Part shown: positions 46,628 to 64,000 of the stretch, one piece after another
Numbering within the stretch: the first letter of the stretch is position 1
Layout: each line of letters starts with the position of its first letter
NCBI RefSeq assembly: GCF_009914755.1
Contig: NC_060934.1
Length of the DNA: 64,000 nucleotides
Origin: the human T2T-CHM13v2.0 reference genome, Homo sapiens
Reading direction: 5' to 3' (one strand)
Program-made: the position numbers and the translations under genes
Notes under the pieces: model-generated
What the model was told of the DNA's origin: nothing
The model's database searches: none
Seen by the model: only the letters and a program-made list of their open reading frames with translations

Positions 46628-47693
46628 AATATAAAATTTAAGGATGGCTTGCACAGGGGATATACCAGGAACATAGCCAAGGACAGATTCCATGCTGTGC
46701 ATAGAATTATCTCTTATCTGCCACAGAACGTGTTCTCTCTCTTGGGAACCTCATAGAAGTGGACATTAACAGTCCCTGACACAGGTTGGGAGACATGTGT
46801 GATTCTCACTCAGATTGTAGCTATTGGTCTCTCTTCTCACTGCTTTCTAGGCTCCCCAACTTCCACCACAAGTACTCTTACGTTACCTCATCACCCAGTT
46901 CTGTTTTCCTTACTGTTGCTTCATTCTGTAGACCTTAACTTTGCTAATTTAAACATAAGCGTAGTTCACTTGGTTACTGTGAAGGGCACCAATGAAGCAA
47001 ACATCTTGAGGTCAGTTATCAGTATTTCAGCCAAATATAACCATGGCCTATAGATTAGATCAGATCCTTTATTTAGATACAATTTTATAGAAAAGAGAGT
47101 GCTCTTCAGACAGTCCCAAGGATGTCTGGTGTTTACTTGAAGACTATTTTGATTGTCATGTGACATCACTGTCTCTAGTATTGAGCAGTTTTCAATTCAG
47201 TTGGGAGGACAAATGGTTAATCATGATATCCCGAGCAAGAACTACAAGTAGCACAAAATCAAGGTCTCAGGTTATAATAATAGAGTCTACCACTAACTAA
47301 AGTCACTGACAGTGAGAATAACTATGAAAACAATTAGAAGGTAACCATTAGAGCTGAGTCTTAAAATATGAACAGAAATTAGTTACAGGGAAAGGTGGTC
47401 AAAGTAAGAACATGATACTTTCATATTATAAATCATTTTCATTGGATCAGATTCTACTGATCAGTTCTCATCACCAGTGATGACTTTCATATAATTCAAT
47501 ATAATATAATATACATAACATGACATAATATCATATATATAGCAGCTTATAATGGGAATCCAAAGGAAGTTAAGAAATTAATGGTTCACCAGGTAAATAA
47601 TCCTGAAAATGCTTGACATTTAAAAACCAGGGCTATAAATAAGGAACCCACCTCTACTCATGCCATTTTGGCACCAACAGATGATTTCCCCAC

Positions 47694-48065
47694 TGATATG
47701 GTTGGCTTTGTGTCCCCATCCAAATCTCATCTTGTAGCTCCCATAATTCCCATGTGTTGTGGGAGGGACCCGGTGGGAGATGGTTGAATTCTGGGGGCGG
47801 GTCTTTCCTATGCTGTTCTCATGATAGTGAATAAGTCTCATGAGATCTGATAATTTTAAAAACGGGAATTTCCCTGCACAAGCTCTCTCTTTCTCTTTGC
47901 TTGCTGCCATCAACGTAAGATGTGACTTGTTCCTCCTTGCCTTCTGCCATGATTGTGAGGCCTCCACCAGCCATGTGGATCTGTAAGTCCAATAAACCTC
48001 TTTCTTTTGTACATTGCCCAGTCTTGGGTATGTCTTTATGAGAAACATGAAAATGGATGAAAACA
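47694..48065 (+). mobile_element. THE1 solo LTR (THE1A/B-like)
   Basis: tgatatggttggctttgtgtccccatccaaatctcatcttgtagctccc...gtccaataaacctc...aaaaca; perfect 5-bp TSD cccac (47689-47693 / 48066-48070). Confidence 0.95.
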
Positions 48066-49059
48066 CCCACATTTCTCACCCTTTCACCTCAATTCAAGAC
48101 AATTTAAAAAAAAATAAATTTGGACTTTTCCACATAAGATGTATTATTTTACGGAATCTAAGGGTAAAGCTAAAACTTTGCTCATTTTAAATCAAATTAG
48201 CTTTGCTTCGATAAGAACTGAAGCTTATAATGTTTTATCCAATGTTTCATAACCTTAAGTACTCTCTTCTGTAACCTGATGCTTTGGCAAAAGTTGGGAA
48301 AAATTGAGTTTGTTTTAGGAAATTCTTGATTTAGCAGTCCACTAAACTCACCAACAAGTTGCAATAATATCTGTTCTGGACTGAAACCAAGAACATAATT
48401 AGCCTGGTGTACCCCTGGCTTCTTTATCATGGAGCAGTGATTTCATAAATCATAAAAGAATGTAAAACTTCAACAACGAGAAAATATTTTCTGTTGAGGA
48501 ACAGATTTTTAAATTTTATTTGTTTTGTAAACAATATGAAAAGGTTTCATATGAATACTTAATTGTACCATCATATGCTTAGTACAATTGTAGAACAATT
48601 TTCCCTCTCTTTTTACTCATTTCATTATATATTCTCACTCACTGTTTCATCACATAAAGATGACAAAGCATGGGGGAATGAATATATATATATATAAAAT
48701 ATATCTGTCTACTTATTTACATAACTAGTTTTCAGTAATTTTCACTTCATTTATTTTAAGATGGTGCTTTACATAACAGAAACAGTTAAAAATTATTGAA
48801 AAGCAAACTATCCTTATTTTTGGAATTTGGTTCCAATAAGAATAAAAATGGGAGAGAAAGAAAGAAAACAATTTTGGGGTATCAACGCCTGGTGACCTTA
48901 AACAGAGATGGAAACTGTAAAATAGAAAGACATCTGGACACTTAATCAAAATCAGCCTACAAGTACCTGAAAATTATGCTGTAAGCCATTTTAACCTCTC
49001 TTTCATAGAGGGAAAGAACACACTTACAAGCCCCCAATCTATTCACCTTGGATTGTTCT

Positions 49060-49290
49060 AATTGGCGCCATTTGTTGAGAGCCAATTATACATGACAAAC
49101 TGTGCTGATACCAGATATGGTACATCACCTTGCAATAACCGTAAGTGGAGGTGTTGTGATTAACTCCGTTGCACTGATGAAGAAGCTGAAGTTAAGGGTC
49201 ATTAAATTACTTACTTCAAACAGGGTATTACTAGCAGAGCAAGGAGCTAAGGAATCAAGAGAATTGAAAAACCCCACCCCTTAATACTAA
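49060..49290 (-). mobile_element. MIR relic
   Basis: gccatttgttgagagccaatta...gcactgatgaagaagctgaagttaagggtcattaaattactt. Confidence 0.6.
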
Positions 49291-51494
49291 TGCACAATCG
49301 AGTCAAAAGGAGGCTGAATGATTGCAAACTTCGCAGTATTCCTCATCTAGCTTTTTCTTCTTTCTGTGGTTTCTTGTGTTATTGTAATTTAAATGTCTAT
49401 GTACCTCATTTTAAGTGTCCAAAAATTAGATGCCACATCTTATTGGAGGAAAGGAAGGAGTCCTTTGGAGGGAAGGAAGGAGTCACAGTAAATGTAGACG
49501 TCTCCTCATAGTCTGGTCAATAGAACTGCTGAGTAAATGGCAGCATCCTTTATTCACTTAATAGATAAGGTTATCCCTGAGCACAGACACACTGAAGGCT
49601 TCTAGGTAGCCAGGAGAGTCTCTCAGGTCAAGACACTCAGTAATGACCTCACTAATGAGACCCTTTAGACTTAGAGGCTCATCACCAGAGAAAAGACTTA
49701 CAGGTGCAACCAGCAGCAAAACAGGAGGAAATTTATTCTACAGAGAAGCATTTTTGACCCTGGTTTCTATCCCAGGTAAGCAGGGAGGCCAGGATACACG
49801 CATTTGTAAAATCCAGCACTTAGTATAGTGCCTGACGTAGTGTGTGAGCACTCACTGAAACAATAATATTAACAACATTCGCCAATATGTAAACATTAAT
49901 CACACTTTACTAAGTGATGTATGTGAATTATTTAACACTCTCCAAATTTTAAAATAGGTTCTATTCTTGCACACATTTTTAGGTAAAAATGAGGTATGGA
50001 AAAGGTATTTGTTCACATTCACAACAGTAGTCGGTAACTGAGGTGTTTTAAGAGGTTTGCCTGACTCCAGAGCTCTTAAACACAAAATGGAATTGTTTTC
50101 TCCTATAATCCTAAAATCTAGAATAAACCCAGGTGCACAATTAGGATGGAATAATGTTTTCATGCGTATTGGCCACATAAGCACAGAGCAGCCATCAAAG
50201 AGAGCAACTGTGGCCAGGCACGTGGCCACCAGAAACTAGCTGCTACTCTCATGGGGAATTTTGGTTCAATGTTCGTGGAAGCTTTAAAGGCGATGATTGC
50301 AGAGATGGAAACATATTCTCCTCCTGCTTCATACTTACAACAGTCTTTGTCCTCTTACCTCCCATCCCCCTTTTCCCTAGCTGCTTATGAGGATTGAAAC
50401 GCGGATGATGAGTCTTGGTGCCCCTCAGCAATAAAGCCCTGCAATGATGTGCTCAGGAGGGGAGGCAAGCTCTTGCAAGAGGTGCTCCACCCACACTGTG
50501 TGTCCTAGAACCAGACCTATATATTTTATTAGTAATTAATGGGGCATTTCATGTTCTCCAATTTCTTTGTACTAATTGCCTGCCACAGGGTTAACACAGA
50601 CAATTAGAAGGAAATACAAAGGCAACAGAACACTCTTTTGTCTCATCAGCTTTTGCATTATCTGGGAAATTTAATTCCATCATTAGGAAGACACTACAGA
50701 TGATACTACAGTCTTGGAGAATCTGAAAGTCTACATCATATTTTCCTTAATTTTATCCTTATCTTACTGTCTGACAGACATATGCATTCCCAGGTCACCA
50801 TTTTCAGGAGGTTCAAGCAGGATGCTTAATGCTCATTGCCATGAATTTCAGGTGTCATAAAATATTTATGAAATAAAAAATGACAAAGAATCAAATTGTT
50901 AGGACATCACTTCCATTCATCATGTTCAGTAGCCTTGGTTCCAAAAGAACTCTGATTTTAATATTGTTACAATAATTGTATATCATCTAATGTGATATAC
51001 GGTTTCCTCTGTTTTTTTTTTTTAAAGAAAAAGCAACATAACTTATAGATGCAATGAATAGTCTTCCCTTTTTGCTACAAACAAACATCTGACAATTTAA
51101 CCAGTAAACATCATTTATTATGCTTACCAACACTTCTGTAGATTTTGGTACCTCTGGCAACCAGTAAACCTAAGCGAGGTTAAAAAAAAAATGTATGCGT
51201 ACTTAACTTTGAAATGCATTATTTACTCAGGGCTACAAAGTACATGACTGCATATACATCCTCTTATGCTTATCCAGATGCCCACAACAATGTTTAAGAG
51301 TAGTGCTCCAGAGAATCCTTAAGTTTAATTTCTGCCTAACCTTTTAAACAGTCCTGAGCATTAACATGTCTTGCTGCATTTCTTTTTATCACCCTACCTG
51401 TTCTAACTCATTTTATTTTCCAATTTCCCTAAACTGTATCTTAGGAATGAGCTGGTTTTTAAACTCTTCCTAGAAGCTTCCTTCAAGAATATTA

Positions 51495-51809
<315 letters not shown>

Positions 51810-54124
51810 AAGAATATTACTATCTGGTTATAGAACTAGGCACATGAACATTAAATTACAGAAGGGCCATCCTAAAACCACTGTAAACAATTTAAAACAA
51901 GACAGTGCAATTTAAATGTATCAGTGTGCAGTTAATAACTTCTCCAGGTAATATTTGTAGTTATGTTCTATCCCATCCTAGCTATCTCATTCAAAATTTG
52001 CAGAAAACTTCAAGGAGAGTAGCCAAAAATAACTTGTATCAAAGACACATGTGACTTTTATCAGTAATGAGAGCTTCATTGCTTCTCTTATTTTATTTGT
52101 GCAGCAAGTAATTATTAAAATTAAGGCCTGATGAAAGGAAACAGGATAATTCATTTTGGGCTGCAACTCATGTGCAGGGGAAGTGATTCATGAATAGTTA
52201 TAGGCCTCAAGCTTTCGGGAAAACAATTGCAGTGTTACTAGAAAGATCATCATAATTAAGTAAAAGCCAACCCTTAGCTATCAATAGACACTCAGAGATT
52301 CACAGGCATAGGTAATGCAGAAATTATAACTATCATGAATATTACATATTAGGCTTTAATTATCGGGGCAGGAGCCTGGGCCCTGATGATTTTTTAATGA
52401 AAGGTGGAATAACTTCCTAATTTAGCAGTTTTCATTTAAAAACTCATTAGCAACAATATTCAATAATGCAATAAGATTTTCCAGATGGGAAAAAAAAGGA
52501 GCAGAGGTAAAGATATTTCAGCAACATTTTCAAGGGTAGACCTTGACAAGGTTTACTTACATTTTTTGTTACCCAATAAATAATTCTTTACCAATTTGCC
52601 CAGCCTTCATTGTGCTATGAAATATTTACCCTATATTCCCTGCCAAAGAAAGAGTACTCTGTGTTACTTGGTACTGGGGTATTTTGGATACTGTAAAATC
52701 TGGAAAACCATGTTACAGTGATTAAAAAAAAAAGAGGTAGGTCTATTGACTTGGAGAGCTTAGATACTCCATTACTTAGTTTAACGTATCACTAGCCCAA
52801 TGTTTTTTAAAAAAGTGACTCACAGAATCAAAGAGCAAAAACTGGCTTCAAAATTGAGTTTTGGAAACCTGCCAATGGTCTCATCTGGTTGATAACTAAC
52901 ACATGCATTGAAAACAAACAAGCCTTTATTGGCTTTATAGTAAGAATTTCTATTGAATTTATGAGAGGAGAAAAAGCATAGGTTACTTGCAAGAGAAGTA
53001 AATGTTTAACAAGTGCTAACGATATATTCAGTACTTTCAGGAAAAGCACAACCATAGTCTCTGTTATATGGCTTTGTTCTTTTTAATCCTTACTCTGAAA
53101 TTTAAAGGCAGCATTATTTTTAAATTACATTATTGTAGACTTTTATTCTTCATGGGGAATATATTAAAGGTAGCTACTACTGGAGTTTAAAAATACATAT
53201 ATAGAAAATGAAATAAATTGTCAGCCTATTACAGCTGACTTAATGTTGGTTAAGCATATCATTTGGGCATTTGACTGTAAGCCATCAATAATTTCTGAAT
53301 TGACTTTTTTTATTACAAGTAAGAGGAGTAGGGGTGTGTTTTTAATTATAGTGACATGCCTCCTTTTTCTTGAACACTCAGAGAAGCATGATTTCATAAT
53401 TTCATGTGAAAAAAGGAATTTGAGAATTTGGGAATAACTACTCTTTTCTTATTAATAATTTATATTTCCATATGGGAGATAGAAAATCTTATCTCATGTT
53501 ATACTTTTAAATAGTCAGATTAAAAGCAGTTATGAAATAGCTTTTTAAGTCTGGATGCAATTGGAACTCATTCGTGACACATTTCCATCATAATAGGATC
53601 TAAGAAGTGAGTGCAAGAGAAAAAAAGGCTGATTCAGCCTTTGACACAATGTGGAATTGTTCTCTACTGCAATATCTGTAAGGTTTTATCCAGATAGGTA
53701 AGACACCCAGATTTCATGGCTTCGTTATTTTTAACATGCAAAGCTGTTTCCGAATAGAAGTAATGACTGTTCAACCAAACCGTTTCTCTCCTGTTAATAA
53801 GTAAAAAGAAAGCAGTATTTTGGGGAACTAGGCATGAAAGAAAATTGGCACATATTTCCGAGCTATAGCAGAGCTGTACCTGAGGTTGCACAAATGTTTT
53901 GGTTATCTCAACTCAGTGCTTCCTGCTGGGATGGGCATTACTTAATAGTAGAGTTGAGACAACAAAACAAAACTTGAGAAACTTGAAGAGTGACTTTTAT
54001 GGTCTGTGTGAATAGTCCTAAAAATACATTGGAATTACAAGGATCTATACATGTTGATGAGCGTTACTTGTGGGAAAATACTTCTTTATGAAGAGAAAAT
54101 GGAATTGAATGTATCACATTCTTT

Positions 54125-57100
54125 TTTTTTATGCCAAAACTTTTTTTTCTTTTTTTTAACTTTCTTTTTAGGTTCAAGGGTGCATGTGCAGGTTTACTAG
54201 ATAGATAAATTGCACGTCACAGGCGTTTGGTGTACAGATTATTTTATCACTCAGGTAATAAACACAGTAACTGATAGGTAATTTTTTTATCTTCACCCTC
54301 CTCTACTCTCAAGTAGGCCAGAGATTATTGTATATTGTATCTTTGTTCTTAATACTGTCAAAGAAAGTTTTGATTTCTATCTTAATTTCATTCAGTAGCA
54401 GACTGTTTAATTCCCATGTAATTATATGATTTTGAGCTAAATTTTAGCATCGATTTTTATTTTTATTGTGTTTTGGCCCAAGAGTACGGTTTGTATGATT
54501 TTTGTGGGGTTTTTCCGTTTGTTTTTTGGATTTCTGGAGGACTGTTTCACGGATGAAAGCGTGGTCACTTTTAGATTCTGTGTCATGTGCATATGAGAAG
54601 AATGCATATTCTGTTGTTTCTGGGCGAAGAGTTCTGTTGACATCTGTTAGGTCCAATTGGTCAAGTGTTCAGATCAGGTCCTGAATATCTTTGTTAGTTT
54701 TATGCACTGATGATCTGTCTAATACTGTCAGTGGGCTGTTGAAGTCCCCCATTATTATTTTGTGGTTATCTAAATTTCTTCCTAGGTCTAAAAGAACTTG
54801 ATTTGTGAATCTGGGTGCTCCTGTTTTGGGTGGATATGTATGTAGAGTAGTTAGACTTTCTTGTTGAATTGAACCTTTTACTATTATGTATTGCTCCTAT
54901 CTTTTTTGATTTTTTCTTTGTTTAAAGGCTGTTTTGTCTGAAATTAGACTAGCAATCCCCACTTTTTTCTGTTTTCCATTTGCTTAGTAGATTTTCCTCC
55001 ATCCCTTTATTTGAGCCTATGGGTGTCACTGCATGTGAGATGGGTCTCTTGAAGACTGCCTATCATTGGGTCTTGCTTCTTTATCCAATTTGCCACTCTG
55101 TGCCTTTTAACTGTGGGACTTATCTCATTTACATTCATAGTTAATATTGAGATGTGTGAATTTGATCCTGTCATAGTGTTTTTCGCTGGTTATTACGCAG
55201 ACTTGATTGTGTAGTTGCTTTATAATTTCAATGGTCTATGTACTTAAGTATTTTGTGTGTGTGTGGCTGCTGGTAATGGTCTTTCCTTTACATACTTGGC
55301 ACTCCCTTCAGGACCTCTTGTAAAGCAGGTGGTAACAAATTTCCTTAGCATTTGTTTGTCTGAAGAGGATCTAATTTCTCCTTCACTTAGGAAGTTTAGT
55401 GTGGCTGGATATGAAATTTTTGGTTGAAATTTATTTTCTTTAAGAATGTTGAAATGTCTTCTGGCTTTTCTTTAAGAATGCTGAAATGTCCTCTGGCTTT
55501 ACCTTAAGAATGCTGAGATGTCTTCTGGCCAAAATGTCTTCTGGATCGTATAGTTTCTGCTGAAAGTTTCACCAGTAGCCTGGTGGGGTTCCTTTTGTAG
55601 GTGCCCTGACTGTTCTCTCTAGATGCCTTTAACATTTTTTCCTTCATTTCTACCTTGGAGAATCAGATGGCTATATGTCTTGGGGATGAATATCTTGCAT
55701 AGTATCTTGGAGGGGTTTTCTGGATTTCTTGAATATGAATGTTGGTCTCTCTAGTGAGGTTGGGGAAATTTTCATGAACAATATTCTGAAATATGTTTTC
55801 CAAGTTGCTTGCTTTCTCTCCCTGTCTTTCAGGGATACCAATGTGATGTAGATTTGATCAGTTTACATAATCTCATATTTTTAGGTTTTATTTATTTTTC
55901 ATCTTTTTTCTTTAATTTTGTCTAAGTAATTATGGAGAATCAGTCTTTGATATCTGAGCTTCTTGCCTCAGCTTGGCAAATTCTGCTATTAATACTTGTG
56001 ACTATATTCTGAAATTATTGAAGTGAGTTTTTCATCTGTATCAGATCAGTTTGATTCTTTTTCAAAATGGCAATTTTTGTCTTTCAGCTTCCATATCATC
56101 TTATTGGATTCCTTAGAATCCTTGGATTGAGTTTTGACTTTCTTTTGAATCTTGATAATCTGTGTTTCTATCCATATTCTGAATTTTATGTCTGTCATTT
56201 CAGCCATTTCAGCCTGGTTAAGAACCATTGCTGGAAAACTAATGCTATCATATTGAGGTAAGAAGAAACTGGCTTTTTGAGTTCGTGTTTTTGTTCTTTC
56301 TCATCTGCGTGGGCTGATACTCCTTCAACCTTTGAAGTTGCTATTATTTGGATGAGTTCTTTGATTTTATCTTCTTTGATGCCCTCGGGGGTTTTGTTGT
56401 GGTATAAGGTAAGTTCAGTCTACTGGCTTCATTTCTGAATATTTTTGGGGGTCAGTGCTCAGCTCAGCACTCCTAGGCTATGTGTGTTAACTCTGGAGGG
56501 CTAGTATTGGTCCCCTAGCTTTTTTCTCTGGCCCATCGAGGTTAGAAACATGCTGCTCTGGAGGGGTTGAGTTGTTCCCTGATTGCTGGGCAAAGCACTA
56601 TGATCGGTGGGGCCAGCCAAAGCACTTTGTCAGGGTGGTAACAGTAGGATCTGTGCCTGTTTGCATATGTCAGCAGCAGCAGCAGCGGCGGCACCATGAC
56701 AGCAGCATCATTGGCTGGGGTGGGGTGCCACTGGAAGTGAAGCTGCAGTGTTCCTGAATGTGCTCATACTGGCAGCAGTAACAGCAACAGGGGTGGGGGA
56801 CTGGTGGGTGCAGAGAAGCCAGCCTCCATGGGTGCATTTCAGTGGCAACTGTAGCAGCATTGCAGGGGGTAGGGTTGTGCATGCCTTCACAGTGGTGGCA
56901 GTGGCAGCACAGTGGGGGATGGGGTTGTCATGTTCATGTGTGTGTTTATGCTGGCAATGGCTGTGCAGCTAAGGTGGGCGTGATGTGAACTCACACCAGC
57001 TATAGTTGTGTGGCAGGATATGCACACATGTGTGCCAATGGGGCAGAGGAGATGAGGTCCATCCACGGGCATGTGCCAGCAAAGCAGTGGGGGGTGGTGG

Positions 57101-57886
57101 CCATGGGTACGTGCATGCTGGCGAGGTAGCGTGAGGGAGGTTGTGGTGGGAGGAAGGTGCGGGTGGGCTGGTGCACGTTGGCAGGGACCACTCTACTGGT
57201 GCTCTCCAATGGCCAGGCATGGTCTGTCAGTGAAGAATCTATGATGAGGACCCACAGGAAGTACCTCAGCTGGGCATTGAATGCTTCACTACAAGCAGGC
57301 ACAGCCAGGCTGGGTGCCCCAGGGAGGTCAGAGGATGGAGTGTGCTCACATAGGATTGGCCCTATCTTACAGGCAAGACCACCCTGCTCTGTCCAGTTCT
57401 GACAGTTACCATAAGGCTAAAATCTCCTAGAGGAGCATGGTGAGCCTTGGGGGATTGGTTTTCCTGGACATGTTCCACTGCATATGTTCCCATATCAAAC
57501 CCTGTGGGCTCTGCACAGGCTGGAGTCCTGCCCCCTACCACCTCTCTAAACAACTCTCCCTGCCAGATCAAGTGACTGTGAGGGTCATGGGGTCTCCTGC
57601 TGCCAAGTTACCACAGGTCCTTGGTGAGAGTGGGTCACTCCTCACCTGTTTAACTCATCCCTTCCCCCAGGAGTCACTGGGGGCTAGGAATGAGTCCCTG
57701 TGCATAGCAGCCCCATGCAGATTTCCTAGCTTCCTCCTCCTTCAGCTCAGCATCTCTGTCATCTGGCCATCCATTCCAATACTTTCCCTTTGACGATCTT
57801 TGCAGAGTGCACCAGTCTTCCAGATGATGTATTCTCTCAGTGACAGATGTTCCTTTTGGCTGCATCTAGTTGACCATCTTGAATCT
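54125..57886 (-). mobile_element. L1PA15/16-like element with 5' UTR, ORF1, ORF2 endonuclease region and 3' end, missing about 3 kb internally
   Basis: 3' end ggttcaaggggtgcatgtgcaggttt...cagattattttatcactcaggtaata; EN peptide MDLTDVNRTLRPETTEYAFFSYAH; ORF1 peptide NQAEMAEMTDIKFRIWI; 5' end reverse complement aagatggtcaactagatgcagcc; degenerate TSD tgtatcacattcttt / tgtctcatactcttt (12/15). Confidence 0.9.
55434..55544 (+). repeat. 32-bp tandem repeat, 3 copies plus a partial copy
   Basis: ttttctttaagaatgttgaaatgtcttctggc / ttttctttaagaatgctgaaatgtcctctggc / tttaccttaagaatgctgagatgtcttctggc + caaaatgtcttctgg. Confidence 0.95.
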
Positions 57887-58539
57887 TGTCTCATACTCTT
57901 TACCATGATTTCTGCATATCATGACAGAATTTTGATTTATTGCTATAAATTAGGTCATAATTGTTTTGGATCAGATATTAAATCATTGGACAAATAAAAC
58001 CCCACCAAGTGATAGGGGAAAATATTAAAACTCGATGCAACGTCTTCCTAAAAAAACCGCTTAAATGCCAGGAATGCTCAATGTAACTTCTGTAAATATT
58101 TTCTTATCTTATTTAGTACTGGTTAATGCTACTTCCAGAAAATAATAACTTAATTTAATTGCTTCAGTAAATCGCAGCTGATCTTAAGCTTTCTTATAGC
58201 TCTGGGGAACAGCACAGTATCAGCTGAGAAACTCTGGCTTCTATAGTGCTATAGAGGACATAGGAGGAAGGAGGAAAAAAAGTGGGATGAGAGAGAATAG
58301 GGCAGAGGCCTCAGGAATGACTGACTCTCTATTACAAACATTTTAGATGACATCCACCATGGGTAACAATCACCCTTTGTAATAATTGCATTTAAAAAGT
58401 TTGAGTTTAAAATAGTTTAAATACATAGTCAAGCCCTTGAGTCATGTAATGATTCAGTGGAGAGTGTATTTTACAAATACAGAAATGTGGGTGGCATATG
58501 TGATAAACTCCTATGAAGACTTCTAAAATGAACAAAGGA

Positions 58540-64000
<5,461 letters not shown>

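Noticed and set aside
46261-48065. Intact THE1 provirus (LTR-internal-LTR)
   Set aside because: The LTRs carry different subfamily diagnostics, the spacer is not THE1-int-like, and the second LTR has its own TSD
47620-48072. 150-aa ORF, the longest in the track
   Set aside because: Antisense reading of the THE1 LTR with a non-ATG start
55434-55544. CRISPR-like array
   Set aside because: Head-to-tail tandem units without unique spacers, in primate L1 sequence
56671-56700. (CAG)5 plus Kozak-like ggcaccatg as a polyQ gene or L1 ORF0
   Set aside because: Lies in an old L1 5' UTR, the repeat is short, and ORF0 is described for younger L1PA families with a different 5' UTR

Overview
AT-rich, CpG-depleted primate (Alu- and AluY-containing, probably human or ape) intronic or intergenic DNA. 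I find no credible protein-coding exon, tRNA, rRNA, CpG island or CRISPR. The ORF track is explained by repeats and chance ORFs, many with GTG/TTG starts. Roughly half or more of the window is recognisable interspersed repeat: 12 Alus (several with clear target-site duplications, TSDs), many old L1M fragments, an L1PA15/16-like element that keeps both ends but has lost about 3 kb internally, a long L1M running off the right edge, MaLR solo LTRs (MLT1, THE1), a MER93-like ERV1 LTR, MER5/MER63 DNA transposons, MIR and L2 relics, and microsatellites. The items most worth follow-up are local architecture rather than a new gene system: a 39-bp direct repeat bracketing 1.14 kb, two templated-insertion-like repair scars, the microhomology-joined L1 deletion, a 32-bp minisatellite born inside L1 ORF1, an orphan T39 tract, a possible unclassified LTR, candidate non-coding exons between inverted Alus, and a few motif-dense unique stretches. 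Repeat subfamily names come from recalled consensus motifs, and boundaries of old elements are approximate.
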